A program made the position numbers and the translations under genes. The notes under the pieces are model-generated. The model made no database searches. It was not told the origin of the DNA and worked only from the letters and a program-made list of their open reading frames with translations. From positions 2,224,643-2,288,642 of the forward strand of contig NW_015169174.1 in the NCBI RefSeq assembly GCF_001447785.1: DNA of 64,000 bases, written 5' to 3'. The DNA comes from Gekko japonicus (lineage: Eukaryota). Positions 12,106 to 24,795 of the stretch are shown in pieces (within the stretch, counting starts at the first letter, position 1; every line of letters begins with the position of its first letter).

Positions 12106-13911
12106 TTTTGTTTGGAAAAAATTTATTGGTTTCTTAGTCTACATACCCTAACGACAACTACACAGACTACCTACCACCACACACTAATCTAAAAAAAAAA
12201 AAAAGCAAAACAGGAGTTATACAAAATATGAATGGTATATACTTGTGCAAAATTCTCTTGTTTTGTCATACATGAGTGAAAATCGTTTATATCAGCTTCA
12301 ATAGATGTTTTACATTTAAACTAAATGAAAGAATTATGATTATCAAATACTTTTAGTTAATACATCTCAATTATTTTCCCTTTCTTCTCTTTCCCCCCTT
12401 ATTCTTATCTTTATCAAAGTCTAGTCTAACTTTTAAAACTTTGGGAGCAGCTGCTTTCAATTCTGATGCGGAATCCTCTTCTGAAGAGCTGCTAGCTTCC
12501 ATGTCTGAATTTCCCGAACCGTGTGAGCTGCATTCTCCTTCTTCTTGATGATTTTTTTCTCCTTCTGTTGTATATATCTCGGTTGTTCTTGAAGCTGTTT
12601 CAAAAATCTTTGTGCTTTATCAACAGAGTCATTTTTTTCTTTTGAGTCTTTGTACTTGAATGTTAATTCTTCAGGTAAAAGCCATCTGTAGGGTATAGTG
12701 GTTTTTTTAGAGGACTGTTAAAGCTTTATATTGTTTTCTCTTTTTTTCTGATTTCAAATGGTACATCCTCTAGAACTCTTATTTCCGCATCATTGATCTT
12801 CAAGGCATTCGCATTTGTGGCCTTGAGCACCACATCTCTTGTGGATATTTTTGAGAATCTGACCATTATTTCCCCTGGTAGGTTTTTCTTCTTGATTAAT
12901 TCAGGATATGTTCTATAGACCATATCAAGATCGCTCTGTAGTACATCCAGTTTCATACCTGTCATAGGGGCTAATGCTTGGGTCAAGATTTCTTTAAGAT
13001 TCTCACCACTTTTTTCAGGAACGCCTTGAAACCTCAGCACATAAGCTGATTTTTCTGCTTGGAGCCTAAAGAGTTGTTCTTTATCAGAGGCTCTTTCTTT
13101 TTCTAGTCGCTCAAGTTTTTGATCAAGTTTTAAAAACAACCTTTTTGACTGCATTAGAGTTCTTTACCATTTGTTTTTGGAATGTTTCAAAATTCTGGTT
13201 GAGGTTTGTCATCTGATCCAGCAGGGATCGCAATGCTGCAGCTAACATGTTGGGAAAGTCTGTATTTGCTTCCAGTCTTGAAACCAGAGGTGTCGTTTTG
13301 CCAGCTCCCAAGGGAGGCTTCTTCGGCGCCATTTTGTCTTGTCAGCTAGAAATTGTTTACATTCCAGGGAAGTTTATAAAGTTCGCAAAGACCCGCTTTA
13401 TGTGACAGTACACTTGCTCGTTCAAATAGCGTTTCTCTTCCCTCCTTCTCCCGTGTTGGTAAGTCCTTTGTTTAAAGTCCTTTGTTTAAAGTCTCGGCCA
13501 GTTTGGGGGGGGGGATATTCCTCCCTTCTCCCTATTCGTGTTATTGGGGTAGGAGTTCACTTAAAAGTTCATGTGCCTGGTGTAAGATCATTAACTTTTC
13601 ATCCAGTAAAGCTTTCGAAATCGGGGACACTTGCATTGTCGCTGTAATTCCTGAGCACTCGTCCGGTGTGTGCCTCTAGAGTCCATGATGGCGCTGCGGC
13701 AGAAGGACCTTCAGGGCAAAGCGTGCCTCAATCTCTTGGAATTGCGCCTCGGGAGCGGTACAGCTCGAGCCCCATGGCTTGGAACCCCCCCCATGAGGGG
13801 TCCAGGGGGAACCGGCTCGGCCGGATCTCCTCCTATTCGCCTCGGGAGAGGCCACCCCGTACGGAGATCCGTCAGAGCGTGCCCGCCGAGCGAGGAGCCA
13901 AAACCGGAACC
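12106..13911 (-). mobile_element. ORF1-only L1-derived retroelement (half-L1/HAL1-like)
   Basis: CpG-rich 5' UTR; frameshifted L1 ORF1 starting at 13332 (LRFQGVPE..., PGEIMVRF..., IRVLEDVP); AATAAA and A-rich tail; 15-bp TSD GATAATACTGA(A/C)CTT (12091-12105, 13912-13926); no ORF2. Confidence 0.8.
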
Positions 13912-16350
13912 GATAATACTGACCTTGATAGACCAGATGTTCTGATTCAGTAGAAGGCAACATCATGTGTATTCAACACAGACATTTCTAAAATGCATTT
14001 ATATTAATTCCTACTTAGAAGGTACCTCCAACTGGACTTCCATCATAGTTTCAGCCACCTGAATGAGAACTGGGAATAACTGCCAAATGCCTCATCTGAC
14101 AAATCTAAAACAGGCACGAATAAAACAGTTGCAGCCAGTTCTATGAAAAGCTACAGCCCTTGCTGCTATTCTGCCCCCCAAGGCTTTTACTAAACGTGCA
14201 GTGCAATATACAGCCAAGTGAAACTGATGGACAGACTTCACTGTAAGAAGTCTTAGAATTTGCATGTTCTTCACTGCAATTGATCCACCTTTCTTTCAAG
14301 CTTACTGGGAAAATACCTGACCTAATGAGAGAAAATATGCATACCAAGTTAGTTAAAATCCATATAAGACAGCAAGACGAGCCTATGCAAAAAGCAGAGC
14401 AGCATCTTTCTCTCAAATACATTTCAATCCACCACACAACTCCTGGCACTCCTAGCAGAGCACCCCTTACCAAGAGAAAAGGGTGCCTTTGCCTCATCTA
14501 CTGATCAGAACACATCAGGCTGTCAACTCCAAAAACATTTTAATGCTGATCCCTCTCAGCAATGAGTTTCAGTAGTTCCGAAATCATGAATCGTAGAGAA
14601 AGTCTTCAGCCTGGACTCCCAGTATAGTATATTTCACATAGCAGGCCATAAGGAGCTACATGGACTTCACCTCCCCTTCCAAGATCTGAGAGGTAGCAGG
14701 TGAGTTTCAAGCAAATATGATAGTGCACTGTTGTAGTTGAAGAGTGTTTAATATTATCCTAGCCATAGTTGGGATGGGTAGCCACATTAGTATGTAGAAG
14801 CGAAACAGGACAGGAGCCCAGTGGCACCTTAAAAACTGACACTTATTCCCACAGAAGCTTTCACAAGTCAGAGCTCACTCTTGACAGGTTATGCTGAAGA
14901 AAATCTTGTTGCTCTTTACTGGACTCCTTTTTATTTTGTAATTACAACTTATAATCTCTCTGTCACTTCCAAGGGTCCCTGTGATTCTAAGCATATAACC
15001 TTCAGTAAATAATACACAAACATCTTATGTGTGAGGTATCTTTGAATGTAAATTAAAAAATCCTTATTTTGTCAGGAGAACAAGCAATTGATCCAGAAAT
15101 CATGGACGAAGAAATGCGTATCAATTTCAGCAGACAAAACAGTGCTTTCATATGCTCCCAAGTATGCTTTCTAAACCAGAAGCACTCTGGATGTATTCCT
15201 TACCAAAGTTTAATTCACCTTGGATTCATGCAAACCTGAACTCAAGACAGGAGCGCTTGAAAATTTAACTATATTTTAACACATGAAAACGGGTACAACG
15301 CCCTCGTCTTTTTACTTTGTAAAGCTGTGCCATATGGTTGTGCGGCTGAGAGGGCACCTTACAGAGATAATCAACAACAAGTATTAGTTCAACTAGAAGA
15401 GCTGCTACAGAGGAATCTAAGAAGCGTCAGCAGTATTTCCACACCATTCAGGGCAAGAAGCCAGATTCATAATTAATTCAAATCATAAGTTCTTGGCCAC
15501 AAATCAATGGCTGTACCCAGCTGTCTGCCACAATGATTCATAGACCTTAGGGGTATGCTGGAACATTCATACCACCAGAGTTCCCCAGGGGCTAGCACCC
15601 TGGACTGCTTTCTCTACTGACTGTTTTGAAGCTACACACACCTATTTGTCTTGTAACCTGTATATAATTGTCCAGGTTTTCTCCACTGCTTAGGCTCAGC
15701 TCCTAATTATGCTTACATAGTCACCACAGCACTGTTTTACACACTTGCAATTCAGTGATTCCAAATGGGGTGAGCTGGGACAGTGCAGTGGACTGGATTA
15801 ACATCATCTTGTCACATTAATTAGATGCCAAGGATGACATCATTGGAAACGCTTGATTTAACAGGGCATAAATATGGTCCGTTTGAAAATCTGGATTTCC
15901 CATTTCTCCATGAGAAAGTTCAATAAAATCTATCTTGCCACTGAATAATGCTCGGCAGATGGAACACCAGGCAACAACTCTCAGGGTGCCACCACCTAAT
16001 TTAATATTCAAATCTGTGAAAAATATCTGGGACAATAAAACAAACACATCTAAAACCAGAGATGGCAAAACTGCCCCCCCCGGCCCCCCGGCTAGGCATC
16101 CTTATAAACGTGAGTAAGATATATTCAGTTCTGCTTGAATCACTGCCATCTCCATACTGGTGGCTAAGCTCTGGATATATGCAAGATGAGGATGGATAGT
16201 ATCTGTTAGTCTGAATGATGTGAAGGGAACAGATATTGTGCAGCTAAGTAAATAAATAAAAAGAAAGATAGTTAATGAATGAAAGCAAGCAAGATCACAA
16301 GCAGCAGACACACCCAGTGAGAGAGAGACAGAGAGAGAGTGAGAGAGTAC

Positions 16351-16458
16351 CTGGAAAGCTGTGAGTGTGCCAGTCCCTGGGTTATACAGGCATCGCAGCG
16401 AGGGCATGCTGTCCGCCAGGCTGGAGCAGCCCAGCCACAGAGACCGGGGCATAGAGCA
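16351..16458 (-). CDS. BTRC: BTRC (beta-TrCP1) coding exon 2, 108 nt, phase 0/0 cassette exon: CSMPRSLWLGCSSLADSMPSLRCLYNPGTGTLTAFQ
   Basis: The translation matches my recall of the human BTRC exon-2 peptide (CSMPRSLWLGCSSLADSMPSLRCLYNPGTGALTAFQ) at 35/36 residues and differs from the FBXW11 paralogue peptide. It is bounded by acceptor TCCTTTCTCTGCAG (AG at 16460-16459) and donor CAG|GTACTC (GT at 16350-16349). Confidence 0.95.
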
Positions 16459-16674
16459 CTGCAGAGAAAGGACAACTATGAGATGGGACTGTATGAACAG
16501 GATGGCACAGATTACAGGAAAATCTGAGGCTGCAATTAATTTCTCAGCAAAGTTGTTGCTGATTGGAACAGCCTCTACAAATGTTACTGATCTGCACGTC
16601 CCCCACAGAGAAAAGCAGAACAAAGGTGGGGAACATACATAGCCACTGACATACTGAGTAAGCTCTAATACTTT

Positions 16675-16865
16675 ATATTTTTATTTACTTCATTTATACC
16701 TCACTCTTCTCCCCTATGGGGACCGAAAGTGGCTTTCAATAGTCTTCTCTTCTGCATTTAACCCTCGCAACAAGCTAGGTGAGGCTGAGAGTGTGTGACT
16801 AACCCAAGGTCACCCAGCAAGCTTCCATGGCAGACTGGGGATCTGAATCTCCCGGATCTTAGTCC
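16675..16865 (-). mobile_element. Old SINE with L2-type tail (MIR/Squam3-related)
   Basis: CCCAAGGTCACCCAGCAAGCTTCCATGG core and (TAAA)n-type tail; similar copy at about 40960-41150. Confidence 0.6.
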
Positions 16866-17079
16866 TGTTTGTGTGAGTGCTCTAAAGCAAGGTAATCAGC
16901 TCAAGGACTTCAGCTGATTAAACTGCTCACTTTTAAACCAACTACCCAATCAAAAGAAATATTACAGTGGAATGGTACATGTGTATCCTGCCCTTGCCTC
17001 AACTATCTTTAAAACATCAGGAGTAGAATCATGGGCTCCCTGCTCTCTCCTGGCACAAATCCACTCTGCTCTTCTCCCA

Positions 17080-17215
17080 CTGTCCTTAACCCTGGTTAGT
17101 CATGGTGTCGACAGCTACAGTAAACACATTTAATGCTAACCAAGGTCTGAAACCAGCTTCAGACCCTGGTTTGTGTTAATATGGGTACAAAACTAGCCAG
17201 GGTGAAGGCATTGGA
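17080..17215. repeat. Degenerate palindromic (MITE-like) element
   Basis: Core AACCAAGGTCTGAA-accagc-TTCAGACCCTGGTT with outer arms CCCTGGTTAGT / ACTAGCCAGGG. Confidence 0.5.
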
Positions 17216-18659
17216 GACAGACAGGATATGTGAGACAGTGCACAACTTCATAGCCTGTTCCCTTTAACTCTGGCTAAAGAACAAGCAGTATTACATTTGT
17301 TGAAGTCCAGTATTTCAACCCAGATAATATTTTAAGGGTATGTAATGAAGGTATTAGTTTCTGCTATTTGAGCAGGGGGGAAATCTACTCTGTGTACAAC
17401 TCCCTCAAAGATATTACCTGAATAAAGAGATTCATACAGAAGTCATATGCACTACATACGCTGTACCCTTACCTGGGGATTATGAATCAATCTATTCACA
17501 GCACCAATTAATACCCTCTCCAAGCATAACCCACCCACCCCCAGTTCACTTGCTGTCTTCCCCCATGCAGTGTCACTTTTCAGAACTGGTTAAATCTGTA
17601 GTATAAGTAAAAGTAGGTTGGAAACCTCATTGCATGCAATGGGAAAGAAACAATAAATCCAATTAGAGAGAAGATAGGAAAGAACCTTCACCAGCCCTAT
17701 TGTTTGGTTAACTTTGTTTGGAGGTTCAGCAGCAAGATTTCTTCTCTGTTACTAAAACTAACTAAAAGCATGTGAAGTCACCAGAGGGAAAGAATTTAGC
17801 TTTCAACCACTTGGGATTGATTTACTGAAAAAAATAAAAGATTTCTGACACTATACCTGGATTTTATCACTGAAAGGGTAAAGGTATTCTGAAGTATTTA
17901 TTGGTCAAGCTGGTCAAATGCTGATATATGTGGACACACAGGGGAAAGCAGAATTATTATTTGAGCTTTTGTGTAACATCCATCTCAACAGTATTTGAGA
18001 AGAGATGCACAGACAGGCAACTGTTACAATAGCAGTATTTTGATATTTTGTCTCATTTCCCCACTTTCTGAATGGAAACTAATGATGGAAGCAAATTATG
18101 CTGCTAAGTGACACAAAAACAAAGGTAGAGACTCCCAAGGGTAACAATGGGCCTAGGCCAATGCCCAGTAGCATACCTGTGCTATTTGCCCTTTCCCTAG
18201 GAGGTAGAATCCAGGCCTTCCTCTTCATCAGCCTACCACTACCAAATATGCATGGCTGATTAAAGTTTTAATTGATTATGCAGTTGAGTTGGATAACACA
18301 TGAAACTGCCTTATACTGAACTAGACCATCGGTCTGTCACAGTCAGTACTGTTTGCTCAGACTCGCTGCAGCTCTCCAAAGTCACAGGTAACAACTGTTC
18401 CATGTTATCACTGATGAGAAAGAAGTAAACTAATTCATACTCAAATGCAGTCACTTGGGATTCCTGTCATGTACATAACAAGATTTATATTTACCTCTAC
18501 AATTGTTACTTAAAAAAAAAGAAAAAGAAAGCAACAGTTCTTATCTTTAAAAGAACATATACTGATAGAAAATGTCATTCCTGTTCCTGCTTTCTGCCCA
18601 CCATAGAAAACTCAGTGGCTTTAAATTGCTAACAGCTCATTCACAAACTCAAACAAAAG

Positions 18660-18917
18660 TAGGACTGCCAAGTCACGGCGGGGGATCTGCACATCTTCAC
18701 AGGATCCCTGCCGCGGGGGACAGTGATACGCGTTGCACCGCCGTCACCAGGATGTGACACTATGTGTTGCTCTGGCAACGGGACTCTAAACAGCCCCGTT
18801 GCTAGAGCGACGCGTAGCGTCACATCCTGGAGACGGCGGTGCAACGCGTATCGCTGTCTCCCGCGGCAGGGATCCTGTGAAGACGTGTGGATCCCCCGCC
18901 GCAGCTTGGCAGCCCTA
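18660..18917. mobile_element. Fully palindromic CpG-rich hAT MITE
   Basis: About 123-bp inverted arms around a 12-nt loop; termini TAGGACTGCCAAG / CTTGGCAGCCCTA; 8-bp TSD AACAAAAG (18652-18659, 18918-18925). Confidence 0.88.
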
Positions 18918-19229
18918 AACAAAAGGCCTCAGGTGCTTCTACAGCAACACCACATGTGTAACTCAGAGAAGTGACCCAACAATGCACCATCATTTGTGGC
19001 GTGGACTGTAAGAAAGCTCAACAGGCTCTACTCAAAACTACTGGTCAAACTGTGCACCTCACTACTACACTGACAGCTCCACAAACAAGGAGCCACAGGG
19101 AATGGGATTGACAAAATCTCCTCATGAAGTCAACTACAGTTTAAAAAAAATACTAAATCAAACAGCAACTAGAATACAATAGTGTTTCAGCTGGCATCCC
19201 AGAGTATCCACCATTCTCCTCACTCTATA

Positions 19230-19480
19230 CCAAGGATCCCCAACATGGTGCCCGTGGGCACCACAGCACTCACCAACACCTTGCCTGGTGCCCACCGGGT
19301 GTTTTAGAAAGTGCATGGAGTCAGGTGGGGCTTTTGCCCAACAAGGCTTCTGAATGGCCACTGGAGATTTGATTGGCTGTGCAGATTTTAAAAAATGCTT
19401 TGGTGGCAGCTGCTACCACATCACAAGGATCTTCACTGGGCAATTGAACGTCAGCTGTGGCAGCCATTTTGTGGCTGGGT
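19230..19480. mobile_element. Charlie-like hAT MITE fragment
   Basis: Homologous to 29275-29730 (shared TTTGCCCAACAAGGCTTC...GGCCACTGGAGAT). Confidence 0.6.
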
Positions 19481-20296
19481 CTATTGGGTTAAATGTAAAA
19501 AAATGATTTGCCTTGAAAGCACAGAAGCTTTACGTAGTATCCCTGATCCTCCATGCTTCCTGGTTGAGGGAAAATGCTGTTCAAACAAATTAGAAAGGTG
19601 AACTGACTCCAATGGTAATAAGAGAAAGAAATTTTACTTACAAAAATATGTGCACATCTTACATGACATATTCATGTAGGTACATTTAACTTACTATGAA
19701 CAGATAAACCTCAAAAGGTTAACTTGCTCCAAGCCCAGATAACAGAGAGAAGAGAGGTCCTATATAAGGCCCTGGGGGGGGGGGCAATCAACAGGCAAAG
19801 AGGCTCAGAATCTAACCGATGAGAGGGTTGGGGCCAACTGCCAAGTGTACCCAAGTGAGAGAATTCTCTTAACCCTTTCCCTCCCAGATTCTCTTGCATG
19901 CAGAGTTACAATATCTAACATCCCTTCTTAACGTCATGTGCAGGAGTTTTAAGTTTCATCTTATCTTGTAGTTTTTCAAGTCTTTCCCTTGATAGAGGCT
20001 TGGTGTGGCCACCACCTCTTCTGTTGAACAGTACTCCATCTCTGTTATGCCCTTCTCAGTTAGGTCATACACTAAGTGAAGCTTCATACCAAGGTGCTTA
20101 GTGCGCACAGCCATTTTTTCTGATTGAGAAATTTTAATAAAGCTCTAGTTGTCTTATCTTGAATTGGTTTTTGCTCATCATCTTGAAAGTCCTTAAGTAA
20201 CTGGTCTAGTCACAACTGTTCTCTGCATGCTTCAGTAGATGCTATATATTCAGACTCTGTGGAAGACAAACTTACTGTAGTTTGCATTCTACTGGC

Positions 20297-21320
20297 TCAG
20301 AAGATTGCTCCACCTCCATACAAGAATAAGTACCCACTTGTGGATTTATAGTCTAAGGCTAAATTGTCTCCTGCCCAATCTGCATCTGTGTAACCAACCA
20401 ATTTTGGATTATTGGTGGATGACAATTTTAGTTTCAAATCTAAAGTTCCTTTTAGATATCTAGCCACCCTTTTTACTGCAACCCACTCTTCCTTGCTAGA
20501 TGCACTTGTCTTTCTACTAAGGATCCCAACACTGGTTGCAGTACTGGGTCTGCTAGTGGTGCTTAGGTATAGTTTTCCTATGGTGTTTCTGTACTGATTG
20601 TCTTTAGGTAAAGGCTCACTTATTTGGGGGCTCTTAAGAAAGCAAATTTCCATAGGTGTTGCCACTGTGTTGGCATTTTCTAAACCTAATGTCTGTAAGA
20701 GTTCAATTATTTTTTGTCTCTGGCTTAGGAAAAATAAACCATCTTCCTCCCTTTCAATTTGTATGTCCAGGAAGTAAGAAACATCTCCAAGCAGCTTCAT
20801 TTCTGCTTCCCTGTTTAGGCAATCTACCACATTGTTATAGTCCATTTGCCTGTCATAACTCAGAATCAAGTCATTAACATAGGCGAGAATAAAAGTACAG
20901 TGTCTATCTTTGTGTTTACTGTACAAACATGAATCAGCTTCTCTTTGTTTAAAGCCTTGCACTATGAGCATCATGTGTAATTTTTGATTCCAGGTACATG
21001 CTGCCTGTTTTAGTCCATACAGCCACTTCTGCAGTTTGCAGACTAAATTTGGTTGTTTGGGGCCTATAAAACTTTCTGGCTGCTCCATGTACAGATCTTC
21101 CTGGATCTCCCCATGAAGAAATGCTGTCTTTACATCTAGATGTTTGCCCTGCATCTTCTTGGTTGCTGCTATGCTCAAACATAATCTGACTGTACTGTTT
21201 CGCCAATGGTGCAAAAGTTTCCTCAAAGTCCTAACGATATTTTTATGAGAAGCCTTTAGCAACTAACCTTGCTTTGTAGCATTCCACATTTCTGGCTGCA
21301 TTTTGTTTGACCTTAAATGT
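20297..21320 (-). pseudogene. Copia reverse transcriptase / RNase H remnant
   Basis: YKARLVAKG, HLDVKTAFLHG, LYMEQP, LYGLKQA, YVND (degenerate YVDD), GYTDADWAG, STSGYLF. Confidence 0.92.
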
Positions 21321-23700
21321 ATTTATTCATTTGATTTGTACCCCGCCCTCCCTGTCGAGGCAGGCTCAGGATGGCTTACAATAAAATTTAGAATAAATTT
21401 AAGAACAAGTTAAAACCATAAAAACAATTCTAATGTGCTATATAAATATTACATATATGGCAATGAAACATAATTTTTAGATGTTATCCATAACAGGTAT
21501 CCAGTCAGCATTAGCTTATATGGCTACCACCCAGCCCATAGTATGTTAAAAAACAGCATGGTACAATAGCCTTTCATAGATTCCAGGGCAAGGCTCTGGT
21601 ATTAAGTGCAGCTCCTCAATCAAATGCCTGGTGGAAGAGCTCCATCATGCAGGCCCTGCAGAACATTAATAAATTCCGCAGGGCCCTGATATCCTCACAG
21701 AGCTCATTCCACCAGTGCGGAGCCACCACAGAAAAAGCCCCAGCCCTGGTCATGGCCAACCTGGCATCTTTAGGGCCAGGGAGAGCCAGGAGATTCTGTG
21801 TCCCTGAACGCAGTACTCTCTGGGGAACATGTGAGGAAAGGTGGTTGCTCAGGTATGGTGGCCGACAGGTCCAACAACAACAGTACCGCTGTCCCACCTC
21901 AGTCTAGATGTCTTTGGAAGTCATCCATGAAGTCCGTACCATGGCCTGGGTGATCTACGGCCTGGGCTATTGCTTCTTTAATTGTTTCTTGAATTAGACC
22001 TTGGAGATCCTTCATCGCCGTTGCTGAGAGGCTAGCTGCCACAGTTTTTGGTCCACCTGGTGAAGGTCTATTTGTCCCTGCCATTTCTATACTGTTATAG
22101 GTGTCCCTATCCTTCTTATCTATCTTAAGTACCTAGTTCCTAAATTCTTATTGCCTCTTTAAACTGTAAACCTTCTTAATACTTATTATTTATTGAGAAC
22201 TATACTGCTATATTTACTAATCTCTTAACATTGGACACTTAACCACTTAACCTACTAGACCTAATACACTACTTAACTGCTAAATTACTAAACTATCAAG
22301 CTAACTATCTAGTTATCTAACAACTTTACTTAATACCTTATACTTCACAAGTTTTATTTTACTTATCTTTATTTATCTTACTAGGTAGCTTAGCCTCAAG
22401 TAAACTTTAAATATCCTGCTTGGATTTTTTCTTTCCCAGCTAGCCTTTCCAACAATCTATAGATTGCCTTGGATTGCCTTACAGTTTAAATCCTGTGTTC
22501 TATACCAATTATTAATTTCCATTAACTGTCCTACTATCTAATCCACAGCTTAAACAAACAATTAAGCAAACAGACAAACAGACAAACCAGCCAACAAACA
22601 AACAAGAAATAAAAATAAAACTGGAGTACAACCTAAAGGAAGGGGAAGCAGGCAAATGACCAAAACAGCAAGTAAGAATTCCCAAAGAACAAACACTGGA
22701 TCTCACTCAAATTCGTTGCCAACTGGTGCTCACTTCCCTGTATCTGTATTTCACAAAGTACGCAACAATTAACTTATATTCAATATATTCAATAAATCCC
22801 AGTGTTGGCAATTAGAAAAGAAAAAGAAAAAATTTAACAGTATCCCTTCTAGGTCTTCTTTATATCCGCTTGCTCTTCCCCTTTAAAGGTCCGTTCGTCT
22901 CTTCCCCTTTAAGGCGTTGCTGTTCCTTCCCTCCACCTGAATTTAGGAATGGAAGTCCAGAAGAATAAAGAGTTAAAGTGTTTCTTCCAAATTGCACTAT
23001 CAGAGAAAAAATTGAGAGCGTTGCAACTGTTTCTTCTTTAAAAGCCTTCACTGGAAACAAGCACCCCCAACTGGGAAGAAAAAAAATAGATTGTATCCGT
23101 CACACTGACACTCCAACTAGGAAGTTACAGGATTTCCCGTCTCTCAAAGTTCATAACATCCACCATAATCAATAAATGGGTATCTTGAAAATATCCCCAA
23201 ATAATGGGCTTTTTAAAAAATCTCCCAGATTTGCCTAATGGCAAAAGCAAAATTTATCACTGAAGCCCAAGGGAGTGGAAACAAGAAATAGGGCGAAATA
23301 GTTTGACACCGAAGACGAGGCTAGGAGGGTAACAGGAAGCCTCCCGCCTTAAAATAAGCCGTTCCAATTGATGAAGCATGAAATAGTTGAGGCACTCTTT
23401 CAGCCTATGTAATAAAGTCGCAAGAATTTGCTTAAATACCAAAAAAGAATCACCGTGTGCCAAGTCTACCTCACCCACAGTCCGGTAGTGACAGCTAAGA
23501 ACCTAGCAGAGCCTCTTGTTCATTCGGAGCATCAGGAATACCCAGCTTCCCCCGCTGCTGCCGCTGTTCGGAGAGAAGTAAGGATGTTTCCCTTGTGCCC
23601 CATTCTCTTCCTGAGAGGAGGGAGGGTGAAGGCAACCCCTTTCCAGAAACGAAAGAGAGAGTGAGCCTGGATCATATGTGCTGCGCTGCAACCAGAAGCC
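21320..23700 (-). mobile_element. Composite of an L1-like 5' region joined to internally deleted L2 pieces
   Basis: 5' end GGCTTCTGGTTG at 23700; ORF1-like start MAGTNRPS...; L2 RT snippet RHLD*GGTAVLLLLDLSA; L2 C-terminus RAGAFSVVAP...ELFHQAFD and tail near 21325. Confidence 0.6.
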
Positions 23701-23757
23701 AAGAGTCCAGTAGCACCTTAATGGCTAACAAAATTTGTGGCGGGGCATGAGCTTTCA

Positions 23758-24462
23758 GAGATTGGACATCCGATAGAGGCAGAACAGTGGTCTAAAACTT
23801 GGAATTCTTTAAAATTTATGAGAGCTACCCCATATAAGGAGAACATATATAAAACGTTCTATAGGTGGCATTGGACCCCCGCTAAGGTAGCAAAATGCTT
23901 TCCAAAGGCATCCAACTTATGTTGGAGATGCGGAAAAAATGTAGGAACGTACCTCCACATTTGGTGGAGATGTGACAGAATTCAGAAATTCTGGGGGGAA
24001 ATTGCTAAAGTATTTCTAGAAGTCTTAAACATTAATATTCCATTAAAACCAGAAATATGGTTGCTAAACATGATTCTGGACAAAATAAAAAATTATACAC
24101 AAATAATTACATATTTTCTAACTGCAACCAGAATATTGATAGCAAGGCGTTGGAAATCAAAAAAATATACCTACGATAAGAGAACTTCAAAATAAGATAG
24201 CTGAAATGGATAAATTGTCTATAAGGTTACAGAATAAGCCTGAGGAAGACTTTTGGAAGAGATGGGAAAGAATATATGACTGGCTGAATATAAAGAAAAG
24301 ATATTAGGAATGGGAAATGCTAGTTAAAAATAATAATTGTTAATTTATAATAATTGTTAATTTAGAAAGATAAACTTTACATTTGGAAATGCAGATATTT
24401 TAAATGGATTTGTTTGGATTAATGTATGATTTGTGGAAACTGAAAATAAAATGTTAAAAAAG
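23758..24462 (+). mobile_element. L1 ORF2 3' fragment (CCHC zinc knuckle) plus 3' UTR
   Basis: RWHWTPAK...CWRCGKNVGTYLHIWWRC; AATAAA and A tail. Confidence 0.85.
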
Positions 24463-24795
24463 AAATAATCCAGAAAGATTAAAAGATATATATTTCTACC
24501 ATTTGATACTACATGTACTGGTCCAAGGACATCACTATGAATTAATTCCAATGGCCTGCTAGTACATTTCTCGGTTCTGGATGGAAATGAGGGTCTAACT
24601 CCTTTGGCTCTTATACAACATGCAAATTTGCTTATGTCATTGATGTCACATGGCTTTACCTTAATGCCTTTGGCGAGATTCTTGTTCTAAAAGTCTAGGA
24701 TTACGTTTGGATTACAATGTCCTAGGTGTCTGTACCACAGTTTCACACTCTTTTTTCCTTGCATGTGCCAGGTGTACCTGTTCACCTTCAAGACT

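Larger units (their letters stand above)
1..16350 (-). other. BTRC: BTRC intron 2 (partial; exon 3 lies before position 1)
   Basis: Downstream of the exon-2 donor. By reading, I found no match to the exon-3 peptide NSSEREDCNNGEPPRKII. Confidence 0.75.

Noticed and set aside
16102-16623. 173-aa minus-strand ORF as a stand-alone gene
   Set aside because: Only the 36 codons between canonical splice sites match BTRC; the rest is intron read-through including a microsatellite.
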